Assembly: GCA_045631885.1 (NCBI GenBank)
Contig: JAZQVN010000013.1
Span: 21,242-85,241 of the forward strand
Length of the DNA stretch: 64,000 bases
Direction: 5' to 3'
Source of the DNA: Bacilli bacterium
GTDB lineage: Bacteria; Bacillota_I; Bacilli_A; RFN20; CAG-826
Program-made: the position numbers and the translations under genes
Part shown: piece by piece, positions 29,544 through 40,122 of the stretch
Layout: every line of letters starts with the position of its first letter
Position numbering within the stretch: the first letter of the stretch is position 1
The notes under the pieces: generated by a model
What the model saw: the letters and a program-made list of their open reading frames with translations, nothing else
Told to the model about the DNA's origin: nothing
Databases searched by the model: none

Positions 29544-30482
29544 TTACCAAGGACATTTGAAATTTTTGTTATTTCTATTTTCGTAAATCTTCTCCACGAC
29601 TTCTGGTTCGGTGGCTAGATCAAATTTACGAGCGTATAGGCATGGATATTTAGGATTATAAATCTTCTTATAATCTTTCATTGTTAATAAGCGAGGGGCT
29701 TTAATCGTGTACCAGTCACAATAGAGTAACGCAGCGCCTCTAATACCTTTCACAAATAATTTGTCAAAATAAGGTGATTTCCAAATCACTTCTGCGAAAA
29801 TATGCTCATCAGCGATTAATGTATTACGATATGCATCAATGAGGTTTTCTTTTTCAATCGTCTCCACCATATATTTGGTGCATTCTTTTGTGGTTGACCA
29901 CCAGAGTAATGTGGTTGGAACTTTATGTGATTTGAAACGTTTATTTTTACCAATTGCCCAACCGAATAATGTATCTCTAATAACATCCCAGAAGGCTAAT
30001 AAGTTACGATGTTTTCTTTGCCAAGCAGTATATGGTTTAGAATGGTCTAGATATAATCTAGATCTCTTGGTCCAGTCAAATCTCACATCGATAAATTCTG
30101 TGCCTTTATGTTCTTCTAAAAATCTTTTAATTTCTTCATCTGGATATAAAGGTAAACAGCTTTCTGACACCATTGTGAAATAATCATAATCAAATTCTAA
30201 AGTGTTTTTCATTAATGAAACCGCGGCTTCACTCGTGGTGATTCCACCCCAATAAACATCAAATCTATCTTTGATGAAATGGATGTGTGGATCTTTGGAG
30301 AATTCTTCGTAGAGTTTTTGATACAACTCTTCTGACTTTTTATCAACGAGCAAGACTAGTTCATTACCATTCACATTCAATGTGTTAATTAATCGACGAA
30401 CTTGTTCGTGTTTGCTTGATAACATCATTCCATAACAAATTTTCATAATTACTTCACCTCTACATAATCGCAAGAATGACAA
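29544..30482 (-). CDS. Glycosyltransferase, Core-2/I-branching (GT14, Branch domain)-like
   Basis: It shows the architecture and motifs of the bacterial Branch family (..DVYWGGITTSEA..ESCLPL..). The assignment is by resemblance only. An alternative start at 30446 abuts the upstream stop. Confidence 0.45.
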   Translation of the reverse strand: MSFLRLCRGEVIMKICYGMMLSSKHEQVRRLINTLNVNGNELVLLVDKKSEELYQKLYEEFSKDPHIHFIKDRFDVYWGGITTSEAAVSLMKNTLEFDYDYFTMVSESCLPLYPDEEIKRFLEEHKGTEFIDVRFDWTKRSRLYLDHSKPYTAWQRKHRNLLAFWDVIRDTLFGWAIGKNKRFKSHKVPTTLLWWSTTKECTKYMVETIEKENLIDAYRNTLIADEHIFAEVIWKSPYFDKLFVKGIRGAALLYCDWYTIKAPRLLTMKDYKKIYNPKYPCLYARKFDLATEPEVVEKIYENRNNKNFKCPW

Positions 30483-30685
30483 GCGAAAAATTTATTTTTT
30501 CTTCCTCTTTTCAAAACGAGAAAATCACCGCATTTCGGGCATCTTTTATTATTCTTTAACGCTAGAGCGTTATGAATTTGATAATCGCATTTATCACAGT
30601 GATAATAGACACGGTCAAATTCATCTTTTTCTTTTATCAAGATCCCATTATGACATTTTGGACAAGAAATCTTTTCTTCATTCAT
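30449..30685 (-). CDS. Small protein with two topoisomerase-type C4 zinc ribbons
   Basis: CPKCHNG...CDKC and CPKCGDFLVLKRGRKNKFFACHSCDY match the zf-C4_Topoisom pattern. Confidence 0.55.
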   Translation of the reverse strand: MNEEKISCPKCHNGILIKEKDEFDRVYYHCDKCDYQIHNALALKNNKRCPKCGDFLVLKRGRKNKFFACHSCDYVEVK

Positions 30686-30738
30686 ATCGCTAACATTAAA
30701 ATTATATCTTTTTTTCTTAAAATAGGATAGGTATTCAA

Positions 30739-32595
30739 TTATTGAATATAATTACCGACAAATAAACTATTCTCTTTGAATGATGAAGATATGTCGTAAG
30801 TATATCCATCCATAAAGGATGACGATAATAAATCGACACTCTTATTGTTATTACCATCAGAGAATAAGATACAGTCATAGTCACTCACATTAAGTGAATA
30901 AGTGAAATAACCATTTGATTTGCTCATTGCCTGTCCTGGCCAGCTCTTTAATTCTTTTTCTAAGGATAAATTGCTATTCCAGGCATAAACATAAACATTA
31001 GACCAATTAGATTTTACTTTTAAAGTAACTGAATAGTTATTATCAATATTTAGTAATCTTTTAACATCCACTCTGCCATATCCTAATTGACTACTCGTAG
31101 CAATCGAGGAAGTTGTTATTTTATAACAAGAATTATATAAATCAGTTTCAAATTCGCTCACTCCTTTAGATGGATATTTTTCAAAATATAACGCAGCTAA
31201 TCCAGCGACAATTGGAGAGGCAAAAGATGTGCCATTCCATCCTCCATCATATAAAACTTGTTTGCCGTTCCTTTGGAAGTTACAAATATTAAACATATTT
31301 TCCGCTGGGGCGAAAACATCAGCGAATTGATAGGAAGACGATGAATTATATGAACTGCCTGTCCAGATTTCTCCATTACTGTTATTAGCTAATCCACCAC
31401 AACCAATCACTCCTTTTGAAGCTCCTGGGAAAGTGTATTCCGTTGGAATACCAGCTTCTCCACCATTACCAGCGGCGGAGCAAACCGCCACTCCTTTATT
31501 TCGACAATAGGCAATAGGTTCATCAAATACTGTTGATAAATCGCTACCATCATTAACTAAATCACCATCGTAGTTATAATATGAACCAATGGAAATGGTG
31601 ATAACTTTAGCCCCATTATCTGCCGCGTATTTAAAACCTTTAACGATACTTTGAGGTTTTCCATCTGTTTTAATTAACATTAAATTCGCCTCGGGAGCGA
31701 CACCAATAACACCCTTGTTATTGATTGCTGCCGCGGCTACACCCGCGCAAAATGTTCCGTGAGAATCTGATAAATCATGGACGTAATTGATTCCTACATT
31801 TGTAGTGACACTACTTCCGTTATATGTAAAAGATGCGCTCTTTGTAGATATCTTGCTATTACCATTTATATCTTTAAAATCTTCATGATAGGCATCAAAA
31901 GCTTTATCAATAACTGCGATTGTGACATTTCTTCCGCGATAATCTTTCCACGCACTATAAATGTCGCCAATATGGTTGAGATAATATTGTCTACCAATAT
32001 ATGGTTCATTAAACACTGTTTGAGCGGTTATAGCTTTATTGATTGTCACTATATAAGTAGTGTTTTTTGTCACATTACCTTCGGTATATGACACAATTAC
32101 TGTTCCACCATCTTCAGTTAATAAAGAAGGATCGACAGTGAAATTAGTCACTTGTTTATGGCTTTCATCAGTGTAATAAGCGGTAACTATTAATCCGTTA
32201 TAGTTAAACTCATCAACACTAGCGAAAGTGGTCTGATAATCACCAGAAAGAACGATATAACTTAGCTTTGCTAGTTGTTCACTGATAGAAATGCTATATT
32301 GCGCTTGAGCGCTTTTACTATTCTCTTTATATGTGACAGTCACTTCTTGAGTGCCAACATATGACATATCTGGTTGGCTAACGATATAATCGTCCACTAC
32401 TTTATTGCTCTTATCTGAATATGAAGCGGTGACAATTAAACCATCGTAATTAAACGCATCGCCTTTACTAAATGAAGTTTGATAATTTCCTGATAAAGAA
32501 ATCGACGTTAAATAAACTGATGGAGTTGAGGAACCACCACTACAACCGGTGATAAAAAAGAATAAGCAAGTAAAAATAGTTAATATTTTTTTCAT
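30739..32595 (-). CDS. Subtilisin-like serine protease lipoprotein (S8) with two N-terminal about 85-aa repeat domains
   Basis: The lipobox is ITGC. The triad motifs are VIDKAFD, HGTFCAGVAAAA and GTSFASPIVAGLAALY. The tandem repeat is L(T/S)SI(S/V)LSGxYQTxFxxxDxFNYxGLIVTAxYxD. Confidence 0.85.
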   Translation of the reverse strand: MKKILTIFTCLFFFITGCSGGSSTPSVYLTSISLSGNYQTSFSKGDAFNYDGLIVTASYSDKSNKVVDDYIVSQPDMSYVGTQEVTVTYKENSKSAQAQYSISISEQLAKLSYIVLSGDYQTTFASVDEFNYNGLIVTAYYTDESHKQVTNFTVDPSLLTEDGGTVIVSYTEGNVTKNTTYIVTINKAITAQTVFNEPYIGRQYYLNHIGDIYSAWKDYRGRNVTIAVIDKAFDAYHEDFKDINGNSKISTKSASFTYNGSSVTTNVGINYVHDLSDSHGTFCAGVAAAAINNKGVIGVAPEANLMLIKTDGKPQSIVKGFKYAADNGAKVITISIGSYYNYDGDLVNDGSDLSTVFDEPIAYCRNKGVAVCSAAGNGGEAGIPTEYTFPGASKGVIGCGGLANNSNGEIWTGSSYNSSSSYQFADVFAPAENMFNICNFQRNGKQVLYDGGWNGTSFASPIVAGLAALYFEKYPSKGVSEFETDLYNSCYKITTSSIATSSQLGYGRVDVKRLLNIDNNYSVTLKVKSNWSNVYVYAWNSNLSLEKELKSWPGQAMSKSNGYFTYSLNVSDYDCILFSDGNNNKSVDLLSSSFMDGYTYDISSSFKENSLFVGNYIQ

Positions 32596-32627
32596 AAAAA
32601 TGTCCTATTAGATTAATTATAACAAAT

Positions 32628-35600
32628 CTATTTCACGCTTATGTGGTAAATATGCGCGTCAGCATTAATGCCCACTTCTTTTAAGGCATTAATATAGTCA
32701 TTTAATTGGCTTTCGTATTCTTTTTCTAAAATAGAAACATCATCTTCTCTATTGGTCTTATAGTCGATAATGTGATAGCCATTTTTGTCTTTATAAATTA
32801 AGTCGACGATACCGTTAATAACATTATTTCCTTTACGGTATGAGAAAGGCATTTCACAGAACGCTTCTTCTGCATTTAGTGTGAGTTTTAAAATGTCATT
32901 ATCGGCGGTTCCGTTCTTTTGGGTGTAACCACCATTAAAGATTGTTTTAGCGACTTCCATTAATAAGTTCTTATATTCATAAGAATGGTATTCTTCAATT
33001 ATCTCATTAATCAAATCTTGATTTTCTAAATTTGATTTCTTACTAGAAACAACACACTCCATAAATCTATGGACAATCGTACCGATTAAAGTGGAATCGC
33101 TATTATCGATATCTTCATTAATGTCATCGTTATTATTGTCAAAAGATGTCACTTTATAATCTTTGACCATCCTTGATGGAGATAAGTAATTGATTGATTG
33201 TGTATTACACTTATCATTCGCGATAGAGTCATTTAATGGAATAGATACCGATTCGCTTCCAACTGGTTCAACTTCTGGAACAGGAATAACTTGAGAATCA
33301 TCGATATTATCAGTGATATCACTCCATGGATCTTCGCAATCAGAGTTTAACTTGGTGTTTTTCGCGACAATTAAAACTGATTCCGCGCGTGTCGCTCCAA
33401 CATATTCAATTCTTTCTTTTTCCGCTTGAGAGTATTCATTCCATAAATTGATTTCGTTTTCATCAATATCATGTCGACTAGTTAAAACATTATTAAATCC
33501 TTCTCCTTCTAAAGAAGAGAACATCACACATGGTGTTTCTTTTTGATAATAAACATTTCTTGTTTCTTCTCTCTTTTTCTTATTTGGGCCTACAAGCAAA
33601 ACAATCGGAGCTTGTAAACCTTTTACTTTATGTAAATTAGCGAGAATCACTCGGTCTAAATCTTTTCTAAATCTTAATGTTCTATTATCATCTGTGTCCG
33701 CGTTTAAGAACGAATCGACATATTCTTTAAATTGAGATAGCCCAGCGATTAAACCGCTTTCTTCTCTTTCTTTAATCTTCTCTAATAAGAAGAATGTGTA
33801 TTCGAGATATGTTGAATCAATCTTGCTATATAAATCTAACTTCTTGTTATTTAAAACATATAACATTGTGGAGGAGTAAGACATATTTAAAGTTTCTAAA
33901 TATAAATCATGTAAATCATTTATGATTTGCCCCACTTTTTCATCGGCGAAATTTACTAATTCACCTTTCTTGTTATTTAAATTTGAAATATCTAAAGAGA
34001 AGCCGTTTTTCTTCATTTGGATGATATCAAAATCATCTAATTTATATAAATCGCTATATAAAACATTCAACAAATTAGAAATGTTTGATGGGTCTTTTAA
34101 TAGATAGACAATATCTCTTAAAGCAATGATAGTTTGTGATTGATTAAACGGGATATCCGCTTCGATGACCATTGGGATATTGTATTTAGTAAATGCAGCG
34201 ATGTAATCAGAGACATCAGCTTTACGAGGAACCACTCTGATATCGCCATAACTAATCATATCTTTAATGGTTTTGCCTGTCTTTTTATCCTTTTTAAGGA
34301 TAATCTTATTTGGATTATTCACCATTTCAGTGATGAATTTCGCTACCGCTTCTGGGTCATCTTTGTTTTCGATGTAATATTTATAAACACCTTGATATAA
34401 GGTGACTTTTTCTCCGTTATATAAGAACGGTTCTGCTTCTTTGGCTTTCACTTCTTCATTAATTGGAATATCTGGATGAGAAATCGCCTCGACGCCATGA
34501 TCGAGGATATTGTTCATCGATTCATTTAACCATTCTTTAATGATTTCTCTACTTCTAAAGTTTTTGGTTAAGATTAAAACTCTATCTTTCTCCGCGAATA
34601 TCGCTTTAGTTTTATTAAACGCGGATACATCTGCATTTCTAAATCTATAAATAGATTGTTTTGGATCACCAACGATAAATAATGAGCCCTCTCTTGGTTC
34701 CATCTTTGTCCAATCACTATCTTTCACCGTTCCAGTGAGATAGAAGAACATCTCTGTTTGTAATGGGTCGGTATCTTGGCTTTCATCAAGTAAGAAATGA
34801 GAATGTCTTTCTAAGATATGGTCCACTAAAATGCGATCAGTTAAGGCGCTTTCTTTAAATGCTTTGGTCAAATAATATAAGAAGTCAAAGAAGCCCATCT
34901 TTCCTTGTTCTTTTAATTCATCAAATAGGTCTTTTAAAATTGAAGAAGCAAAGTCAAATAAGACAGAGAACATGTAGTTATCAATCTTGTTTTTAATGTT
35001 ATTAAAACATTCTTTCGCTTCACTAGAGAATTCGAGACTTCTCTTTCTACTTCCTTCAGGAAGAGGTTCCACTAAATGGTATTTAAAATCAACATCTGTA
35101 TCCAAGACATTTTTTGATATCTTCCCATCGATATCTTTGATTTGTCTTAAGATGAAATTGATTAAGTTAATGTCTCTATTTGTCCAATGATCTTTATTGA
35201 TGTGCCAGTAATTATTTATAATCGCTGAAGTCTTTTTATAAAGGTCAGACCTTCCACCATTTTGTTTTGGATTAAAAGCCATATCTTTAGAGCATAAACC
35301 TTTAACATAAGTTAAGAATTCATCTTTTTCTTTTTTGGAGAAATAGATATCTAAATCAACATTAGCCAAATCTTTATCAAAGATAATCTCTAAATGTCTT
35401 AAGTTAGACAAAGAATCCATTACCTTAACATAAGCGTCTCTTGGTTTATAAAATAACTCATTAACCGCGAGCGCTTTTAAGTGATATGGGTGAGTTCTAT
35501 CTTTTAAGATTTCTTCGTATTTTTCTTTGATTAGCTTCTTTTGTTCGTCTTTACTAATGACTTCCGCGTCACTCGGTAAATCTAATTGATTTGGTAATTC

Positions 35601-36002
35601 ATGAGCGATCATGTTACCAAAAGAGTCAATCGTTCCTAAAAAGCATAAATCAATGTTTTCTAAAGCAACACGACATCTATTCATCGTCTCTTCATTCTTT
35701 GCTTTAAAGAATTTATCGATATTATGAGAAGCGTTAACACTTCTAATAGATAACATATTTTGGAATCTAGAGAAGAATTCATTCGCCGCGGCTTTAGTGA
35801 ATGTAATCGTACAAATCTTATTAACAGGGATACCGCTTTCAATCATCGCGACCATTCTTAAAACGAGGGAGAAGGTTTTACCACTTCCCGCGGAGGCCTC
35901 TACAAAATAGTTCTTGTCGATATTTTCGACGATGTATTTTCTCGAGGTTTCATCATCAATGATTAATTTTTTCTCATTCATCATTTCTTCCTCTTCATAC
36001 AT
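32628..36002 (-). CDS. addA: ATP-dependent helicase/nuclease subunit A (AddA/RexA)
   Basis: It has the UvrD-type Walker A EASAGSGKTF, helicase motifs, and a C-terminal PD-(D/E)xK nuclease ..GIVDLIYKDKNGYHIIDYKTN. Confidence 0.85.
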   Translation of the reverse strand: MYEEEEMMNEKKLIIDDETSRKYIVENIDKNYFVEASAGSGKTFSLVLRMVAMIESGIPVNKICTITFTKAAANEFFSRFQNMLSIRSVNASHNIDKFFKAKNEETMNRCRVALENIDLCFLGTIDSFGNMIAHELPNQLDLPSDAEVISKDEQKKLIKEKYEEILKDRTHPYHLKALAVNELFYKPRDAYVKVMDSLSNLRHLEIIFDKDLANVDLDIYFSKKEKDEFLTYVKGLCSKDMAFNPKQNGGRSDLYKKTSAIINNYWHINKDHWTNRDINLINFILRQIKDIDGKISKNVLDTDVDFKYHLVEPLPEGSRKRSLEFSSEAKECFNNIKNKIDNYMFSVLFDFASSILKDLFDELKEQGKMGFFDFLYYLTKAFKESALTDRILVDHILERHSHFLLDESQDTDPLQTEMFFYLTGTVKDSDWTKMEPREGSLFIVGDPKQSIYRFRNADVSAFNKTKAIFAEKDRVLILTKNFRSREIIKEWLNESMNNILDHGVEAISHPDIPINEEVKAKEAEPFLYNGEKVTLYQGVYKYYIENKDDPEAVAKFITEMVNNPNKIILKKDKKTGKTIKDMISYGDIRVVPRKADVSDYIAAFTKYNIPMVIEADIPFNQSQTIIALRDIVYLLKDPSNISNLLNVLYSDLYKLDDFDIIQMKKNGFSLDISNLNNKKGELVNFADEKVGQIINDLHDLYLETLNMSYSSTMLYVLNNKKLDLYSKIDSTYLEYTFFLLEKIKEREESGLIAGLSQFKEYVDSFLNADTDDNRTLRFRKDLDRVILANLHKVKGLQAPIVLLVGPNKKKREETRNVYYQKETPCVMFSSLEGEGFNNVLTSRHDIDENEINLWNEYSQAEKERIEYVGATRAESVLIVAKNTKLNSDCEDPWSDITDNIDDSQVIPVPEVEPVGSESVSIPLNDSIANDKCNTQSINYLSPSRMVKDYKVTSFDNNNDDINEDIDNSDSTLIGTIVHRFMECVVSSKKSNLENQDLINEIIEEYHSYEYKNLLMEVAKTIFNGGYTQKNGTADNDILKLTLNAEEAFCEMPFSYRKGNNVINGIVDLIYKDKNGYHIIDYKTNREDDVSILEKEYESQLNDYINALKEVGINADAHIYHISVK

Positions 36003-38581
36003 ACATCTTTAAAATAACAATCTTCGCAGTGCTTATGGTTAGGGGTGAACACACCCGTCTTTAACGATTGATATAACTTCTTTAAGGTCTCATTTAAATT
36101 TTGATAATGTTCAGTCATCGTTTTGTCATTATCGCTACTAAAAACAGAACGACCATGTCTAATATAACGATATTCAAAAGAACTGACACGCATGTCTTTG
36201 ACATGTTCAATAATATAAGAATATAAAGTGCATTGAATCATCGAAGGGATATCTTCGCTATCGTGAGAGATGCTTCTTCCTGTTTTATAATCGATAACTC
36301 TCACCGTATCATCCGCTTCTCTAATCACTTTATCAGGGAAGCCGTGTATTTTAATTCCGGAAGGGTGTTCATAAACGACATCTTCTTCTTTGAAGATGGT
36401 CTTTTCATTTCCTTCCATTTCATAAGCTATCTTCATCATATTGATGAATTCTTCTTTTTCTTTCTCCGCGGCGACCATATTATATGGTTTATGCATTAAT
36501 AAATATTCATCAAATCTCTGGCCAGCGATTAAAGCAAATTCTTCTTTATTCTTCACCACTTCTTTATCTAATGTTTCAAGTAGATAATGGGCCATTGTCC
36601 CATATTCATTCGCAGGTATTATTTCATAAATATCAGTTTCTTCGCTTTGTTTGATGTTTAAAACTTGAGTTAAATAGAATAGATATTCGCATTTCGCGTA
36701 GTTAGTAATCGTTGACGCAGAAAAGCCTCTTTTCTTATTTAATAACCAGTTAAGTTTAATTGTTCTTTCTTCTGAGCTAGGTTCAACTTCAGTAAATGAG
36801 ATTTTCTGGTTATCGCTGATGGCTCTACCGATTGACGAAATTGGTAAGATATCTTTATCAAAGAATTCGATTTCTTGATACTTATCTTTATTGTCAATAA
36901 AGGCTTTTTCAAAATCTTCGATAGTTTTATCGTTTCCGTTTTCTAATTTAAAAGCTTCAAAGACTACGGATGAGGCGTTTTGATCTTTTAAAGATTCAGA
37001 GTTGTAATATGAATAAGATAGATGAATTTCGACATTATATTTATTCGCTTCATTTAATAAAATATTAAATATCTTCTTGTTATTGTCGATTGTTCTATTT
37101 GAAGCGTTATTAGCTCCAAAAGGTAAATAATCTCTATCTAATAAATTAGAGTCTTCTTTACTTCCGCCTGGGAAGTTATTTGAACTTAAACCAGTGATAA
37201 ATAAATAAGGTCTAATGACTGATAAAGCGTTATTAATTGAGGTGAAATATAAATTACCTTCTTTAACGCTTTCTCTTCCCACACGAGAGGCGAATATCAT
37301 TTTCTTGATATCCACATAACTAACATTATGTTCAAAATGATAATTTAAATACTTATTTATCTTTGATAAAGCGTTTTCATCTTTGATGTCTCTAATTAAA
37401 GAATAGGTAGAAATGAAATAGATAATTCCCTCACTCAATTCATTAACCAAAGCTTTCACAAATGGTAATTCTTTAATTCTTCTTAAAGTGTTCTCTTTAT
37501 CATATCCCTCAAGAGTGTGTTTATTTAATAAAGCGATATATTCCTCAAGTGTTTTCTCATTATATTCTTTTTCAAAAGAGATTCTTAAATCCCCCACTGT
37601 GGTGATAATTGAATCTAAAGAGATTGTTTCTGGGAATTCTAAATCATCATTTAAAGCTTTAAAGTCATCTTCTGGAATCTCCATTTTTAAAGATAATTTA
37701 GCTAAATCAAAACATTCATCTTTGATGATTCTAAGTAAATAATCGACATAATAATGGCTATCAATCCAATCATTGATAATCGAGAATAACTTACCAGGAT
37801 TAGTTTCAATGATGATTAAACCAGTTCCAATCGTTAACGGGAATTTTAATAAATCTTTGTAGTTATTTAATAAATTTGGATAATCAGTTGTTTCCGCAGA
37901 AGCGATTAAGCATTGATCAAAAGGAATATTGTTTTGATAGATATAGGCTAAGATATTTTCAATTTCATTAGTCTGACCAAATGCTTTTGTGTAAGATTTA
38001 ATTTTCAATTTCTTATCACTAGATAAATCTACTCTATTAACTTCTTTACCCGCGGCTTTAGTGATTAACGCTAAATCTAAAGGTAGTTGTTCTTCATATA
38101 TTTCAAAAACAATGTTGTTAAATGATTTTGTGTTTTCTAAAGCAAATCTAATGATTCCAATTTCATCGATATAGTCATTCTTATTTAAGAAATCCATCAT
38201 TAAATCATAGACTTCGATAATTGCTTCATTCTTGTCTACGAAGATATCTTTCGGTAATAAATTATGGATATTTTCATTTTCATCTTTAACGATGTAATGT
38301 CTTAAATCATTAATACTTCTCACTAAGTGAGAGATATCGTTAAATGATGACTTTTTAAAATAATCAATCGCTTTGATATCTTCATATAAATAAGCACACA
38401 AATCATCTGTGGAAATGAACTTCTTATCTAGAGATAAACCTGATAATTGTAATAGATATCTCGCTAAATCGAGTGAACGAAAATAATGAGTGTTAAAAGT
38501 CTTTTCGCCTAATAAAGCAAGTGACTTTAATTTCTCATTTTCATTAATCAAATTAGAGAGAATTATCTTTTGCTGCAACAT
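35981..38581 (-). CDS. addB: ATP-dependent helicase/nuclease subunit B (AddB/RexB)
   Basis: It is the upstream partner of addA. It has a C-terminal RecB-like nuclease (..VIDYKTGR..) and Cys cluster (CEYL...HCEDCYFKDVC) for an Fe-S domain. Confidence 0.75.
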   Translation of the reverse strand: MLQQKIILSNLINENEKLKSLALLGEKTFNTHYFRSLDLARYLLQLSGLSLDKKFISTDDLCAYLYEDIKAIDYFKKSSFNDISHLVRSINDLRHYIVKDENENIHNLLPKDIFVDKNEAIIEVYDLMMDFLNKNDYIDEIGIIRFALENTKSFNNIVFEIYEEQLPLDLALITKAAGKEVNRVDLSSDKKLKIKSYTKAFGQTNEIENILAYIYQNNIPFDQCLIASAETTDYPNLLNNYKDLLKFPLTIGTGLIIIETNPGKLFSIINDWIDSHYYVDYLLRIIKDECFDLAKLSLKMEIPEDDFKALNDDLEFPETISLDSIITTVGDLRISFEKEYNEKTLEEYIALLNKHTLEGYDKENTLRRIKELPFVKALVNELSEGIIYFISTYSLIRDIKDENALSKINKYLNYHFEHNVSYVDIKKMIFASRVGRESVKEGNLYFTSINNALSVIRPYLFITGLSSNNFPGGSKEDSNLLDRDYLPFGANNASNRTIDNNKKIFNILLNEANKYNVEIHLSYSYYNSESLKDQNASSVVFEAFKLENGNDKTIEDFEKAFIDNKDKYQEIEFFDKDILPISSIGRAISDNQKISFTEVEPSSEERTIKLNWLLNKKRGFSASTITNYAKCEYLFYLTQVLNIKQSEETDIYEIIPANEYGTMAHYLLETLDKEVVKNKEEFALIAGQRFDEYLLMHKPYNMVAAEKEKEEFINMMKIAYEMEGNEKTIFKEEDVVYEHPSGIKIHGFPDKVIREADDTVRVIDYKTGRSISHDSEDIPSMIQCTLYSYIIEHVKDMRVSSFEYRYIRHGRSVFSSDNDKTMTEHYQNLNETLKKLYQSLKTGVFTPNHKHCEDCYFKDVCMKRKK

Positions 38582-38592
38582 ACAACAATTAT

Positions 38593-38624
38593 ATATAAAA
38601 ACCCAACTTTAATCTAGTTGGGTT
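38593..38624 (-). terminator. Putative terminator after the UDG-like gene
   Basis: The minus strand reads AACCCAAC-uagauuaaa-GUUGGGUU followed by UUUAUAUAU. Confidence 0.45.
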
Positions 38625-38636
38625 AACATATTATTT

Positions 38637-39143
38637 TTAAATGAATAGTTCTTTATATTTGTTGTTTAATTCATCTTGAGATATTCTCGCGTTAGCTGGA
38701 GATGTAGAAGGGAGATAAATCACTTTCACATTACCGATTTTATCTAATAGATACTTATCAAATACTTGTTTAGCTTTGCCCCCATTAACTCCAATAACTT
38801 TGATGTTTGGATATTGCTTTACGATACTCTCAATATCAATTGGTTTGATGTTAATAATTGAGGCATCGCTACTCGCGTGGATATCACATTCATAAATGAC
38901 ATCGTATAAAGCGATATTGTGTCTATTTAAGAATTCTTTTCTATCTTTGATAGAAGTTGGCTCTTTCTCATTAAAGATACTAGCTAAAGTGAGAAAGAAT
39001 CTATTCCTTTTATGCGCATAATAAAACTCTTCTTCTCGAGATTTAACACTTGGCAGAGATCCAAGAATCATACAATGGGAATTTTCATTTATGAAAATAG
39101 GAATGCAGTCATGAGAGACATGATTATAACTTGTAGCTTTCAT
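38637..39143 (-). CDS. Uracil-DNA glycosylase superfamily protein (deoxyinosine/mismatch glycosylase-like)
   Basis: ..MILGSLPSVKS..EFYYAHKRNRFF.. resembles UDG family 4/6 motifs. The assignment is tentative. Confidence 0.45.
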   Translation of the reverse strand: MKATSYNHVSHDCIPIFINENSHCMILGSLPSVKSREEEFYYAHKRNRFFLTLASIFNEKEPTSIKDRKEFLNRHNIALYDVIYECDIHASSDASIINIKPIDIESIVKQYPNIKVIGVNGGKAKQVFDKYLLDKIGNVKVIYLPSTSPANARISQDELNNKYKELFI

Positions 39144-40092
39144 CTATCTTCACTTCTTTTTCTTCCAAACATTTATCAAAAAATGCGAGAGCAATTTTGA
39201 TATATCTATCTTCATCTAAGATGTAACTCATCCCATGTGATGCATTATCGAATTCAAATAGTTCAATACTAGGATTAGCTTCTTTTAATTGATGGCTCAT
39301 TTCTAACGGAACAAACTTATCTTCTTTGCCATGGATGATTAAGATTGGACATTTCGCGTTTTTCACACTTTGAAGCGCGCTATATTTGGCTAAATTGAAA
39401 TGACCGTAGAGGAAAGCTGCGCTCCATAAAACTGGTTTACAAAGGAACTTTGGAAGTCCTAATTCATGAGCAACTTTTGCGTTTATCTCCAAAGGAGATG
39501 AATAAGGACAATCTGCAAGTATACCCATTAAATTTGGGATACCAACATCCGCGGACATAAGTACTGTCGCTCCACCCATTGATATACCTTCAAGGAATAT
39601 CTTTTTATCTTTACCAAATCTATTGATGACATAGTTAGCCCAGCAAAGAACGTCTTCTCTTTCTTTGATACCAAAAGTAATTGTTCTTCCTTCGGATTTG
39701 CCATGCGCTCGATGATCCACGAGTAAAACATTTTGATTGCACATCAAAGCGATTTGTAATCCACCAGAGAAATCTCTTAATGCATGTCCATAATAACCGT
39801 GACATTGGATATGGACAGGTTGACTTTCATCTTTGATGTAAAGTCTTCCATATAATGTTAATCCATCTTTTGATTTAATTCTTACTTCTTCGAAAGGGAT
39901 ATCGACCGCTCTTTTAATGAGATTAATCATCTGTTCATTATATGGGTCATATCCTGGTCCAGTTAATACTTCATAAGTCATATCTTTTTTATCTTTATGA
40001 TAAAAAGCAATGCGATACGCGACAAAAAGAGTGACTAACCAAGCCAGTAAGAGAAAACCAAATATTGATAATGTAAGAATTAATGGGAACAT
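39124..40092 (-). CDS. Membrane-anchored alpha/beta hydrolase
   Basis: It has an N-terminal TM helix, a GISMGG nucleophile elbow, and downstream Asp/His. Confidence 0.7.
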   Translation of the reverse strand: MFPLILTLSIFGFLLLAWLVTLFVAYRIAFYHKDKKDMTYEVLTGPGYDPYNEQMINLIKRAVDIPFEEVRIKSKDGLTLYGRLYIKDESQPVHIQCHGYYGHALRDFSGGLQIALMCNQNVLLVDHRAHGKSEGRTITFGIKEREDVLCWANYVINRFGKDKKIFLEGISMGGATVLMSADVGIPNLMGILADCPYSSPLEINAKVAHELGLPKFLCKPVLWSAAFLYGHFNLAKYSALQSVKNAKCPILIIHGKEDKFVPLEMSHQLKEANPSIELFEFDNASHGMSYILDEDRYIKIALAFFDKCLEEKEVKIDESYKL

Positions 40093-40122
40093 ATTAATAC
40101 TTTATATGAAAAAGATGAGGAT

